NCBI GenBank assembly: GCA_036689245.1
Contig: CP144771.1
Location: 246,274-310,273 of the forward strand
DNA length: 64,000 nucleotides
Origin: Candidatus Stammera capleta
Lineage (GTDB): Bacteria > Pseudomonadota > Gammaproteobacteria > Enterobacterales > Enterobacteriaceae
Reading direction: 5' to 3'
Numbering within the stretch: the stretch's first letter is position 1; the number at the start of each line of letters is the position of its first letter. The notes beneath the pieces were generated by a model. It was given only the letters and a program-made list of their open reading frames with translations. It had not been told where the DNA came from and searched no databases. Both the position numbers and the translations under genes were made by a program. Of the stretch, positions 51,402-63,162 are shown one piece after another.

Positions 51402-52104
51402 CTGGAATAAAAACGTAACCTAATCCCCAAATTGTTTGTATATATCTAGGATGAATTGGATCTTCTTCTAAGATACGACGTAATCTTGATATTTGTACAT
51501 CAATAGAACGTTCCATAGCAATATATTCTCTACCTCTAGCTAAATTCATCAATTTATCTCTTGATAAAGGTTTCTTTGAATTATTAATTAAAACTTTTAA
51601 TACTGCAAATTCTCCACTAGTTAAAGATATTAATTTATTTTCTTTAAACATTTCTCTGGTAGATAAATTTAATTTAAATTTACCAAATTTTACTATAATA
51701 TTTTTTTTAGAAGGAAATCCAGGTAATTCATTATATTGTCTTCTTAAAACTGCTCTTATACGAGCTAATAATTCTCTTGGATTAAAAGGTTTTAAAATAT
51801 AATCATCAGCTCCAATTTCTAAACCTAGAATACGATCTATTTCTTCATGTTTAGCTGTAATAATTATTATTGAAATTAAATTATCATAATTTCTTAATTT
51901 TCTACATACTGATAAACCATTTTCATCAGGCAAAATTAAATCTAATATAATTAGATCAAATAATTCTCTAGAAAGAACCCTATTCATTTGTTTAGCGTTA
52001 GAAACACTCTTAACTAAATAATTTTGATCATTTAAATAACGTTCTAATAAAGAACTTAATCTTATATCATCATCAACAATCAAAATTTTATGATTTTTTT
52101 CCAT
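51379..52104 (-). CDS. ompR: Response regulator OmpR. Start placed at the internal Met.
   Basis: MEKNHKILIVDDDIRL... Colinear with E. coli OmpR and by eye about 65-70% identical. Long identical runs include GLEIGADDYI.KPFNPRELLARIRAVLRRQ and ERSIDVQISRLRR. Confidence 0.97.
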   Translation of the reverse strand: MEKNHKILIVDDDIRLSSLLERYLNDQNYLVKSVSNAKQMNRVLSRELFDLIILDLILPDENGLSVCRKLRNYDNLISIIIITAKHEEIDRILGLEIGADDYILKPFNPRELLARIRAVLRRQYNELPGFPSKKNIIVKFGKFKLNLSTREMFKENKLISLTSGEFAVLKVLINNSKKPLSRDKLMNLARGREYIAMERSIDVQISRLRRILEEDPIHPRYIQTIWGLGYVFIPDGSSNEI

Positions 52105-52314
52105 ATAATATAAAACCCTAAAATACACCAAATTAATTAAATTTATAAAATATTTACATTAATTAATTATTTTAAAAAAAATAATATTATATATTTAATA
52201 TAATTAAATATATTAAAAATTAAATAAATTATTAAATTTAGAAATTAAAAATAAAAAAAATAAATATTTAGTTAATATAAATAAAATTACATTAAATTTA
52301 AATAAATTTAATAC

Positions 52315-52872
52315 TTATTTTCTAGATATATATTTTTTTTTTCTAGTATCTACTTTAATAATATCACCTTTCTTAACAAATAAAGGAACATCAATATAAT
52401 TTCCATTTTTTAATAAAGCTTTTTTATTACTATTTTTTATAGTATTACCTTTTATATTAAATATAAAATCAACTACTTTAACATAAATAAAATTAGGTAT
52501 TTTAATATTTATAGGTTTATTATTCCAAAATAATATATTATAAATATTATTTTTTTGTAACCATTTAATATTCTTATTTAATAAAATTTCATCTAAAAAT
52601 ATTTGATCAAAATTATATTTATTAATAAAATACCAAAATTTATTATCATTATATATATATATATATTCTATACTTAGAATATTAGCTTTTTTTAAATTAT
52701 TTATAGATTTAAAATTTTTTACTACTAATTTACCATTAATAAGATTACGAATTTTAACACGAACAAAAGGTTTACCTTTACCAGGTTTTATAAAATCAAC
52801 AAATTCAATATTATAAGGTTCATTAATATAAACTATATTATTACCATTATAAAATATATTTCTATCACACAT
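52315..52872 (-). CDS. efp: Elongation factor P
   Basis: 185 aa. KPGKGKPFVRVKIRNL (E. coli KPGKGQAFARVKLRRL), including the modified-Lys loop. Confidence 0.92.
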   Translation of the reverse strand: MCDRNIFYNGNNIVYINEPYNIEFVDFIKPGKGKPFVRVKIRNLINGKLVVKNFKSINNLKKANILSIEYIYIYNDNKFWYFINKYNFDQIFLDEILLNKNIKWLQKNNIYNILFWNNKPINIKIPNFIYVKVVDFIFNIKGNTIKNSNKKALLKNGNYIDVPLFVKKGDIIKVDTRKKKYISRK

Positions 52873-53021
52873 AATAATTAAATTATTAAATTAACTATTT
52901 ATTAAATAATAAATATACTTTTTAAATATCACTAACAATTATATATTATATTATATATAATTAATTAAATATTATTAATAATTTTACTAAAAATAATTTT
53001 TAAAATAATTTAAAATAATTT

Positions 53022-54512
53022 ATGAAAATAAAATTTGATATTAAAAATAAAATAAATAATTTAGATAACTATGAACTTTTAATTATATTTTTTGATAAAA
53101 ATATAATAAATAATATTAAAAATTTAAATACTAAAAATATAAAAAAAATAAAAAAAGAAATTGAAATATATAATTTTCAAAAAAAAAATAATAAATATTT
53201 ACTAATAAAAAATAAAATTAATTCAGAACCAGATATATTAGTTACAAAAATTAAAAAAGAAAATAATAAAATAATAAACTTAACTAAAATAATAAAAAAA
53301 ATTTTTTATTTAATTAAAAATATTAATTACAAATCGATTATTATATCATTAAATAATATTGAAATAATTAATAATATTAATTTCATAATAGACATTACAA
53401 TTCAAAAATTTAAAAAATTAAATTATAACTTTAATTTATTTAAAACTTCAATAAATAACGAAAAAATTTCAAAAATTAAAATATTTTTTCTACTAAATAA
53501 TATAAAAGAAACAAAATTAGCTAAATTAACAATAAAAAATAGTTTAATAATATCAAAAGGAATAAAAAAATCAAAAGACTTGAGTAATATGCCACCTAAT
53601 ATATGTAATCCACTATATATATATAATAAAATATGCAAAGAATTTAAAGATAAAAATATAAAAATTTCATGCATAAATGAAAAAAAAATGAAAAAATTAG
53701 GAATGAATGCATATTTATCAGTTAGTAAAGGTTCAAAAAATAAACCAATTATATCAATAATAAAATATTTAAAAGATAATGATAGTAATGTTAAACCTAT
53801 TATAATTATAGGGAAAGGTTTAACATTTGATTCTGGAGGAATATCAATTAAAAAATCTTCATATATGCATGAAATGAAATATGATATGTCTGGAGCATCA
53901 GTAGTATATGGAATAATGTACATATTATCTTTATTAAAGATAAAATTAAATGTAATAGGTATATTATCATGTTCAGAAAATATGCCAGATGCAAACTCAA
54001 CAAGACCAGGAGATATTGTTAAAACTTTATCAGGTAAAACTATAGAAATAATAAATACAGATGCAGAAGGAAGATTAGTTTTATGTGATACATTATCATA
54101 TGTTAAAAAATACAACCCAGAAATTGTAATAGATATAGCTACACTTACAAACTCTTGTGTTATATCTTTAGGAAATGAAATTACTGGATTAATGTCAAAT
54201 AATAAAGAATTAAAAAATAAATTAATAAAAGCAAGTAAAGAATCTAATGATTATATTTGGGAACTACCAATATTTAAACAATATAAAAAATACCTTAAAT
54301 CAAATATCGCAGACATAACAAATTGTTCAATAAACCATCCATATGGTGGAACAATTATATCTTCATGTTTTTTATCATATTTTACAAAAAAATATAAATG
54401 GGCACATTTAGATATAGCAGGTACTGCATGGGATAATGAAGGATCTACAGGAAGACCAATTAATTTATTAATTAAATTTTTAATTAATTATTATAATGAT
54501 AAATTAAAATAA
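53022..54512 (+). CDS. pepA: Leucyl aminopeptidase (PepA)
   Basis: 496 aa. M17 catalytic domain motifs GKGLTFDSGGISIK, MKYDMSGA and NTDAEGRLVLCD. Confidence 0.95.
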   Translation: MKIKFDIKNKINNLDNYELLIIFFDKNIINNIKNLNTKNIKKIKKEIEIYNFQKKNNKYLLIKNKINSEPDILVTKIKKENNKIINLTKIIKKIFYLIKNINYKSIIISLNNIEIINNINFIIDITIQKFKKLNYNFNLFKTSINNEKISKIKIFFLLNNIKETKLAKLTIKNSLIISKGIKKSKDLSNMPPNICNPLYIYNKICKEFKDKNIKISCINEKKMKKLGMNAYLSVSKGSKNKPIISIIKYLKDNDSNVKPIIIIGKGLTFDSGGISIKKSSYMHEMKYDMSGASVVYGIMYILSLLKIKLNVIGILSCSENMPDANSTRPGDIVKTLSGKTIEIINTDAEGRLVLCDTLSYVKKYNPEIVIDIATLTNSCVISLGNEITGLMSNNKELKNKLIKASKESNDYIWELPIFKQYKKYLKSNIADITNCSINHPYGGTIISSCFLSYFTKKYKWAHLDIAGTAWDNEGSTGRPINLLIKFLINYYNDKLK

Positions 54513-54516
54513 TTAT

Positions 54517-57138
54517 ATGAAAAAAAAATATAATTTAGAAAAAAAAGAAAAAAAAATATATAAAACATGGGAAAAAAAAGGATTTTTTAAACCTAATTAT
54601 TTTACAAAAAATTTAAATAGATTTTCTATAATAATGCCTCCACCAAATATAACGGGAAGTTTACATATAGGACATGCTTTTCAACAAACTATTATGGATA
54701 TAATAGTAAGATATAATAGAATGTTAGGTAAAAAAACTATATGGTTAATGGGTACTGATCATGCTGGTATATCTACACAAATAATTGTAGAAAATAATAT
54801 TTATAAAAAGGAAAAAAATAAAAAAATTAAAAATAACGAACTTAAAAAAAAAATATGGTTGTGGAAAAAAAAATATGAAAAAAAAATATATAAACAAACC
54901 AAACTACTTGGTAGTTCGGTTAACTGGGATATTACTAGATTTTCATTAGATAAAAATTTTTCATATTCAGTTAAAAAAGCTTTTATATTACTTTATAATA
55001 AAAAATTAATATATAAATCTAAAAAAATTATTTATTGGGATAAAAAACATAAAAAAGTATTATCAGATTTAGAAATTAATAAAATTAAAAAAATAAGTTG
55101 TAATTGGTTTATTAAATATAAAATTTTAACAAAATCAAAAATAAAATATATAATAATTTCTACTTCTAAACCAGAAACAATATTAGGTGATACAGCTTTA
55201 GCTGTAAATCCTAAAGATGAAAGATATTCAAAAATAATTAATGAATATGCTATTAATCCAATTAATAATAATTATATAAAAATTATTTCTGATAATTCAA
55301 TAAATCCAAATAAAGGATACGGATGTATTAGAATTACCCCTGCTCATAATTTTAAAAATTTTGATATAGCTAAAAAACATAAATTAAATATGATTAATAT
55401 ATTTAATAAAAAAGGATTTATTAGATATAAATCAGAAATTTTTAATTATAAAGGAAAAAAAATAAAAAATAAAATAAATTTATATAATCCTAATTGGATA
55501 GTAAATTTAAGTTCTAAAGAAGCAAAAATAAAAGTAATTAATTTTTTAAAAAAAAAAAAATTAATTAAAAAAATTGAAAAACATCATAAAAAAATTTTTT
55601 TAAATAAAAGAACTAATTCAATTATAGAACCATTTTTAACAGATCAATGGTATTTGAAAACTAAAAAATTATCTAAAAAATCAATTAAAATAATTAAAAA
55701 TAAAAAAATAATTTTTTATCCTTCTAAATATAAAAAACTATATTATTCATGGATGAAAAATCAAAAAGATTGGTGTATTTCAAGACAAATAATATGGGGT
55801 CATAAAATACCTATATGGTACGATATAAAAAAAAATATATATTTAGGATATAATAAAAAATATATAATTAAAAAATATAAAATTAAAAAAAATACTATAC
55901 TAATACAAGACAAAAATATTCTAGATACATGGTTTTCTTCATCATTATGGTCATTTGCATCATTAGGATGGCCACAAAATAAAAAAAAATTAAAAAAATT
56001 TCATCCATTAAATTTAGTAGTAAGTGGATTTGATATAATATATTTTTGGATATCTAGAATGATAATGATGACTTTAACTTTAATAAAAAAAAAAAAAATT
56101 CCTCAAATACCATTTAAAAAAATTTTTATTACAGGATTAATAAAAGATGAAAATGGTAAAAAAATGTCTAAATCAATTGGAAATGTAATAAATCCAATAG
56201 ATATTATAAAAGGTATAACTTTAAAAAAGTTAATTAATAAAAGAAAAAAAAAAATAATAAATAAAGAAAATTTAAAAAAAATTATAAATAATACAAAAAA
56301 ACAATTTCCTAATGGGATAAAACCTCATGGTACAGATTCACTAAGATTTATGTTAGCTTCAATAATAAATAAAAATTTATCTATAAATTTAGATTTTAAA
56401 AAATTAAATAATAGTTATAATTTATGTAATAAATTATGGAATGCATGTAGATATACATTAATTAAAATTAAAAAATATAAAGAAATAAAAATTAATACTA
56501 AAATAAAAAATATAAACAAAATATCATTAATAGATCAATGGATTTTAAATAAATTAAATATATTAATATTTAATTATACACAAAAAATAAAAAAATTAAG
56601 AATAGATTTATTATGTAATTATATATATAAATTTATTAAACATGAATTATGTGATTGGTATTTAGAATTTTTAAAATTAATTAATAACAATAAAAATATT
56701 ATTTTATTTAAAATAATAAAAAATATATTAAAAATATCACATCCAATTATTCCATTTATTACAGAATATTTTTGGCAAAAAATAATAAAATATGATCATT
56801 ATATATGTGATAAAAATAGTTATATAATTGTAGAAAAATTTCCTCTTTATAAAAATATAAAATATAATAGAGAAATTTATATTATATCTATTATTAAAAA
56901 AATAATTTCATATTTAAGAAAACTAAAAATAAATTTTAAATCTAAAATAGATTTAATGGTAACAAATACAACTAAAACAACAAAAAAAAATCTTAATAAA
57001 AATAAATACTTATTTAAAATATTAAACATAAATAATATAATTATTCATGATAATAAATATATTATTTTAAAAGAAAAAAATTTTTCAAAACCTTACAATA
57101 TAACATATAAAATATTCATTTCATATAAAATATATTAA
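54517..57138 (+). CDS. valS: Valine--tRNA ligase (C-terminally shorter than E. coli)
   Basis: 873 aa. PPPNITGSLHIGHA, WCISRQIIWGH and KMSKSIGN. Confidence 0.96.
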   Translation: MKKKYNLEKKEKKIYKTWEKKGFFKPNYFTKNLNRFSIIMPPPNITGSLHIGHAFQQTIMDIIVRYNRMLGKKTIWLMGTDHAGISTQIIVENNIYKKEKNKKIKNNELKKKIWLWKKKYEKKIYKQTKLLGSSVNWDITRFSLDKNFSYSVKKAFILLYNKKLIYKSKKIIYWDKKHKKVLSDLEINKIKKISCNWFIKYKILTKSKIKYIIISTSKPETILGDTALAVNPKDERYSKIINEYAINPINNNYIKIISDNSINPNKGYGCIRITPAHNFKNFDIAKKHKLNMINIFNKKGFIRYKSEIFNYKGKKIKNKINLYNPNWIVNLSSKEAKIKVINFLKKKKLIKKIEKHHKKIFLNKRTNSIIEPFLTDQWYLKTKKLSKKSIKIIKNKKIIFYPSKYKKLYYSWMKNQKDWCISRQIIWGHKIPIWYDIKKNIYLGYNKKYIIKKYKIKKNTILIQDKNILDTWFSSSLWSFASLGWPQNKKKLKKFHPLNLVVSGFDIIYFWISRMIMMTLTLIKKKKIPQIPFKKIFITGLIKDENGKKMSKSIGNVINPIDIIKGITLKKLINKRKKKIINKENLKKIINNTKKQFPNGIKPHGTDSLRFMLASIINKNLSINLDFKKLNNSYNLCNKLWNACRYTLIKIKKYKEIKINTKIKNINKISLIDQWILNKLNILIFNYTQKIKKLRIDLLCNYIYKFIKHELCDWYLEFLKLINNNKNIILFKIIKNILKISHPIIPFITEYFWQKIIKYDHYICDKNSYIIVEKFPLYKNIKYNREIYIISIIKKIISYLRKLKINFKSKIDLMVTNTTKTTKKNLNKNKYLFKILNINNIIIHDNKYIILKEKNFSKPYNITYKIFISYKIY

Positions 57139-57161
57139 TTTTATATATATATATAATAAAT

Positions 57162-57233
57162 AGCGAGTAACGGGATTTGAACCCGTATCTTTAACTTGGA
57201 AGGCTAAAATAATAACCATTATACAATACTCGC
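57162..57233 (-). tRNA. tRNA-Gly (anticodon TCC)
   Basis: GCGAGTATTGTATAATGGTTATTA...CCTTCCAAG...GGGTTCAAATCCCGTTACTCGC, similar to E. coli glyT. No encoded CCA. Confidence 0.92.
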
Positions 57234-57245
57234 AATAATTTGAAA

Positions 57246-57329
57246 TGGTGGAAGAAGGATTTGAACCTTCGAAGTCTAAATGACAACAGATTTACAGTCT
57301 GTCCCCTTTAACCACTCGGGAATTCCACC
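57246..57329 (-). tRNA. tRNA-Tyr (anticodon GTA)
   Basis: GGTGGAATTCCCGAGTGGTTAAAGGGGACAGACTGTAAATCTGT... with a long variable arm, similar to E. coli tyrU. No encoded CCA. Confidence 0.93.
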
Positions 57330-57342
57330 TTTAAAAATAAAA

Positions 57343-57415
<73 letters not shown>

Positions 57416-57427
57416 ATAAAATTTATA

Positions 57428-57501
57428 TGGAGTTAAGCGGGCTTGAACCGCTAACCTTCTACTTGCAAAACAGATGCTCTACCAATTTGAGCTATAACCC
57501 C
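57428..57501 (-). tRNA. tRNA-Ala (anticodon TGC)
   Basis: Acceptor GGGGTTA/TAACTCC with the G3:U70 identity pair. Anticodon loop TTTGCAA. No encoded CCA. Confidence 0.9.
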
Positions 57502-57622
57502 CAAAAATATTAAATATTAATTACAAAAGATAATTATATATAAATTTTTTATATAATATATAAATATATATTATATATTAATATAATGACTTTTAAAAAT
57601 AAAAAAATATTTTTTTACATAA

Positions 57623-58030
57623 TTAATTTATGTAATCTAAATACATAATATACTTATTATATATAAGTAACTTATCTAATAAGTTTAAATATTTATTTAT
57701 ATTATTTTTTTTATATTTATTAATTTTAATTTCTATCTCTCTTTTTTTTTTAAAAACTTCTTCTTTATTTAAATTAATAGAATCAATAAAATTTTCTACT
57801 AAAATTGTTAATTTATTTAAATTAAATTCTAATAATCCATTTAAAATATAAAAATACTCAAATTTTTTATTTAAATATATACTTAATATACTATTATATA
57901 TTGAAAATAAAATAGAACAATGATTAGAATAAATTTCTAATTCACCATTTAAAGAATTTAATCTAACACTTTCTGCTGATTTATTATAATAAATATTATT
58001 CTTACTAATTAATAAAATATCAAAATACAT
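57623..58030 (-). CDS. atpC: ATP synthase F1 epsilon subunit
   Basis: 135 aa. Last gene of the atp operon. Size and position conserved, sequence diverged. Confidence 0.85.
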   Translation of the reverse strand: MYFDILLISKNNIYYNKSAESVRLNSLNGELEIYSNHCSILFSIYNSILSIYLNKKFEYFYILNGLLEFNLNKLTILVENFIDSINLNKEEVFKKKREIEIKINKYKKNNINKYLNLLDKLLIYNKYIMYLDYIN

Positions 58031-58049
58031 ATAATTTAAAAATTATTTT

Positions 58050-59447
<1,398 letters not shown>

Positions 59448-59452
59448 TTAAT

Positions 59453-60298
59453 TTATAAACTTGAAAATAATTCAATAATTTCATTTGTAACTTTAAATTG
59501 ACGTAATTTATTATACGAATTATTGAGTTTTTTATATAAATCATTAGCATTTTTAGAAGCATTTTTAGTAATTAAAATTCTAGAAGAATATTCAGAAACC
59601 ATATTATTTAATATATTATTATATATAATAGAATTTAAATATTTATTTAATAAATTATCTATTAATAAAAAATTATCTTCTTCATAAACATAATTAACAT
59701 TATATAAATAATTATTAATACTTATAGGTATTAATTTATTTATTTTAGTAGAAAATATTCTTTTATTTAAAAATATATTATTTACAATATAAAAATATGT
59801 ATTAACATTAATTTTATAATAATTAATAATCATTTTTATTATTAAATCAATATTATTTATATTTTTAAACAAAGAAATTTTTTTATGTAAAATATTAAAT
59901 TTACAATACTTACTAAATATTTTTTTATCTAAAAAAATTTTTTTTTTTCCTATAATCCAAAAATTTATACTTTTATTATAAAATTTATTATAGATAATAT
60001 TATCTAAAACTTTATCAACTAAACCTAAATTTAAATTTCCACATAATCCTTGATCACTAGATATTAATAAATAAACTATATTAGTAGGTATAAAATTTCT
60101 TAAATAAATATGATTTAAACCATTTAAATTTATTTTTTTTTTTATTAAATCAACTAAAAAATTATTATATAATTTATTATTATTTAACTTATTTAATAAA
60201 ATTCTAAATCTTAAAATAGATATCATTTCCATAGATTTAGTTATTTTATATATATAATTAATACTATTTATTTTATATTTTAAATCTTTTTTACTCAA
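59453..60298 (-). CDS. atpG: ATP synthase F1 gamma subunit
   Basis: 281 aa. Position between atpA and atpD. Conserved C-terminal ITNEIIELFSS-type helix. Confidence 0.88.
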   Translation of the reverse strand: MSKKDLKYKINSINYIYKITKSMEMISILRFRILLNKLNNNKLYNNFLVDLIKKKINLNGLNHIYLRNFIPTNIVYLLISSDQGLCGNLNLGLVDKVLDNIIYNKFYNKSINFWIIGKKKIFLDKKIFSKYCKFNILHKKISLFKNINNIDLIIKMIINYYKINVNTYFYIVNNIFLNKRIFSTKINKLIPISINNYLYNVNYVYEEDNFLLIDNLLNKYLNSIIYNNILNNMVSEYSSRILITKNASKNANDLYKKLNNSYNKLRQFKVTNEIIELFSSL

Positions 60299-60319
60299 AA
60301 ATAAAATCCTCTATTAAAA

Positions 60320-61870
60320 TTATTTTAAATAAATTAATTTAAACGAAGAAATAATATTCTTTAAATTAGATATTAATTTATTATCTAATTCATCAATTAA
60401 TTTAATTTTAATATTTAAATCAAAATAATTACTAATAAAATATTTATACAATTTATTTTCAAAATCATATAAACTACAAACATTAATATCTTTCAAATAA
60501 CCATATTTTAATGAAAAAAATATTAATACTTGTTGTATATAAGATATAGGTTTATATTGTTTTTGTTTTAATATTTCAACAACTTTTTTACCATAACTTA
60601 ATTGATTAATAGTATCTTTATCTAAATCAGAAGAAAATTGAGAAAAATTTAGTAATTCGTAATATTGAGATAAAGAAGTTCTAATAGAAGATGACAAATG
60701 TTTCATTATATTTGTTTGTGCAGATGATCCTACTCTAGAAACAGATATTCCAGGATTAATAGCTGGTTTAATACCTGAATTAAATAAATTAGATTCTAAA
60801 AAAATCTGTCCATCAGTAATAGATATTATATTAGTAGGTATAAAAGAAGAAATATCTTCTTCATATGTTTCTACTATAGGTAAAGCAGTTAAAGATCCAG
60901 TTAAATAATTTTTTTTATAATTAACATTATATTTTTTAATAAAATTATAATTTACATATGCAGCTCTTTCTAATAAACGAGAATGTATATAAAATATATC
61001 ACCAGGATAAGCTTCACGACAAGGAGGTCTACGTAATAATAAAGAAATTTGTCTATAAGATATAGCATGTTTAGATAAATCATCATATATGATTATTACA
61101 TCATCACCTTGATTTCTAAAATATTCAGCTATAGAACAACCAGAATAAGGAGCTATATATTGCATAATAGCACTATCAGAAGCTGAAGAAGCTATTACTA
61201 CAGTATAATCCATAGCATTATAATAATATAATTTTTTTACTAAACTAAAAACAGTAGATAATTTTTGTCCTATAGCTACATATACACATTTAATATTATT
61301 AAAATTACGTTGATTAATAATGATATCTAAAGCTATACTAGTTTTTCCAGTTTTTCTATCACCTATAATTAATTCTCTTTGTCCCATCCCTATAGGGATC
61401 ATACTATCAATAGATTTATATCCAGTATATAAAGGTCTATTAATAGATCTTCTATCAATTATTCTAGGACAATCATACTCAATAGGATAATAAATATTAG
61501 TTTCTATATCACCTCTACCATCTATATATTTACCTAAAGAATTTACAACTCTACCTAATAATTTATTACCAACCGGTACATCTAATATACGACCAGTACT
61601 TTTAACTTTCATACCAACTTCTAAACATAAAAATGATACTAAAGATATAGCATTAACAGAATATCTGTCTAAATCAAAAACTAAAGCATAACCTATATTA
61701 TTAGGTAATTCTATTAATTCATTAATAAAAACACCTGATAAACCAATAATTTTAATTATATTATCAACTATAGATATTATTAATCCCTCATAATAAATAT
61801 CAGTTTTATTATTTAATTTACATATTTTATTTTTAATAAACTCACTAATACCATCAAATTTTAATGACAT
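60320..61870 (-). CDS. atpA: ATP synthase F1 alpha subunit
   Basis: 516 aa. Walker A GDRKTGKTSIA, plus REAYPGDIFYIHSRLLERAA. Confidence 0.98.
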   Translation of the reverse strand: MSLKFDGISEFIKNKICKLNNKTDIYYEGLIISIVDNIIKIIGLSGVFINELIELPNNIGYALVFDLDRYSVNAISLVSFLCLEVGMKVKSTGRILDVPVGNKLLGRVVNSLGKYIDGRGDIETNIYYPIEYDCPRIIDRRSINRPLYTGYKSIDSMIPIGMGQRELIIGDRKTGKTSIALDIIINQRNFNNIKCVYVAIGQKLSTVFSLVKKLYYYNAMDYTVVIASSASDSAIMQYIAPYSGCSIAEYFRNQGDDVIIIYDDLSKHAISYRQISLLLRRPPCREAYPGDIFYIHSRLLERAAYVNYNFIKKYNVNYKKNYLTGSLTALPIVETYEEDISSFIPTNIISITDGQIFLESNLFNSGIKPAINPGISVSRVGSSAQTNIMKHLSSSIRTSLSQYYELLNFSQFSSDLDKDTINQLSYGKKVVEILKQKQYKPISYIQQVLIFFSLKYGYLKDINVCSLYDFENKLYKYFISNYFDLNIKIKLIDELDNKLISNLKNIISSFKLIYLK

Positions 61871-61873
61871 TTT

Positions 61874-62404
61874 TTACTCTTTACTACAAAAATTAATTTT
61901 TATACTATTAATTAAACTACTATCATAAACTAAATCATTAATATATATTTTAAAACCTGCTATTAATTTTTTATCAATTCTAAAAATAAAATTTAAATTA
62001 AAATTACAAAATTTTTTAATATATAATTTTTTAATATTTACTTTATTTTTACTACTTATAGTAGTACACGTATAAATAATTACAGTAATTAATTTTTTTT
62101 TTTTTTTATACATTTCTATAAAAAATTTAATTATATAATTTATATATAAAAACATATTTTTATTAATTAAAAAAAACACAAAATCTTTAAAAAAAACATT
62201 ATCTAATAATTTAGGCATTATTAAATAAATTAATTTACTAAATTTTCTCTTATCATTTATATAAATTTCTTTTATTTTATTAATTTTAGATAACCTTAAT
62301 AAAAAAAATAAAACTCTTTTACACTCCATAAAATTTTTTTGTAATAAAACAATATTTAAAATAGCTAAAGAAACAGAATAAGATATATTTATAATATCTA
62401 TCAT
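61874..62404 (-). CDS. atpH: ATP synthase F1 delta subunit
   Basis: 176 aa. Called on size and operon position. The sequence is very diverged. Confidence 0.8.
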   Translation of the reverse strand: MIDIINISYSVSLAILNIVLLQKNFMECKRVLFFLLRLSKINKIKEIYINDKRKFSKLIYLIMPKLLDNVFFKDFVFFLINKNMFLYINYIIKFFIEMYKKKKKLITVIIYTCTTISSKNKVNIKKLYIKKFCNFNLNFIFRIDKKLIAGFKIYINDLVYDSSLINSIKINFCSKE

Positions 62405-62886
62405 TATTTTAAAAACCTATAATTTTTAATTAATTTTTTAATATATTCATTATCTAATTTTTTATTCAAAATATTATTAGTTAATTTAATTAAAATAAAA
62501 TAGATTGTTTTATCTATTTCATTATAAAATAATTTATACATAATTTTTTTTTCTATTAATACTTCATTTTTAGCATTTAAAATAATTTTTTTATATTCTA
62601 TTTTAGCTAAATCTTTAGACTCATCAATAATTTTTTTAGCTTTAATTTTAGCCTTATTAATTATATTTAATACTATTTTATCACTGTATTTTTTTTTGCT
62701 TTTTATTTCTTTTTCTAAAACTAAAATTTTTTCTTTATTTTCTTGTATTTTTATGAAACTTATAGATATATCTTTTTTTCTCTTCTCTATAACCTTATTT
62801 AAATAAGGCCATATATATTTAAATACAAGATACATATAAATAAAAAATAATATTATTTGAATTATAAAAGTAACATTAATTTCCAT
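62404..62886 (-). CDS. atpF: ATP synthase F0 subunit b
   Basis: 160 aa. One N-terminal TM helix followed by a long charged helix. Its stop overlaps the atpH start (TAATG). Confidence 0.85.
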   Translation of the reverse strand: MEINVTFIIQIILFFIYMYLVFKYIWPYLNKVIEKRKKDISISFIKIQENKEKILVLEKEIKSKKKYSDKIVLNIINKAKIKAKKIIDESKDLAKIEYKKIILNAKNEVLIEKKIMYKLFYNEIDKTIYFILIKLTNNILNKKLDNEYIKKLIKNYRFLK

Positions 62887-62890
62887 AATT

Positions 62891-63127
<237 letters not shown>

Positions 63128-63162
63128 TTAAATCCCCTAAATTAATTTTTTTAAAAAAAATA

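Noticed and set aside
53423-54115. A 230-aa ORF antisense to pepA, the longest unassigned ORF in the track.
   Set aside because: It lies entirely inside the well-supported pepA CDS, in the M17 catalytic domain. Its product is Phe/Ile/Leu low-complexity sequence, as expected from reading Lys/Asn/Ile-rich (AAA/AAT/ATT) codons backwards. Such antisense frames are depleted in stops in AT-rich genomes. It has no recognisable motif.
57617-57633. The hairpin ACATAA-TTAAT-TTATGT overlapping the atpC stop, considered as an intrinsic terminator of the atp operon.
   Set aside because: It has only a 6-bp all-weak stem. On the transcribed strand it is followed by an A7 run before any T run. It is indistinguishable from chance palindromes at this composition.
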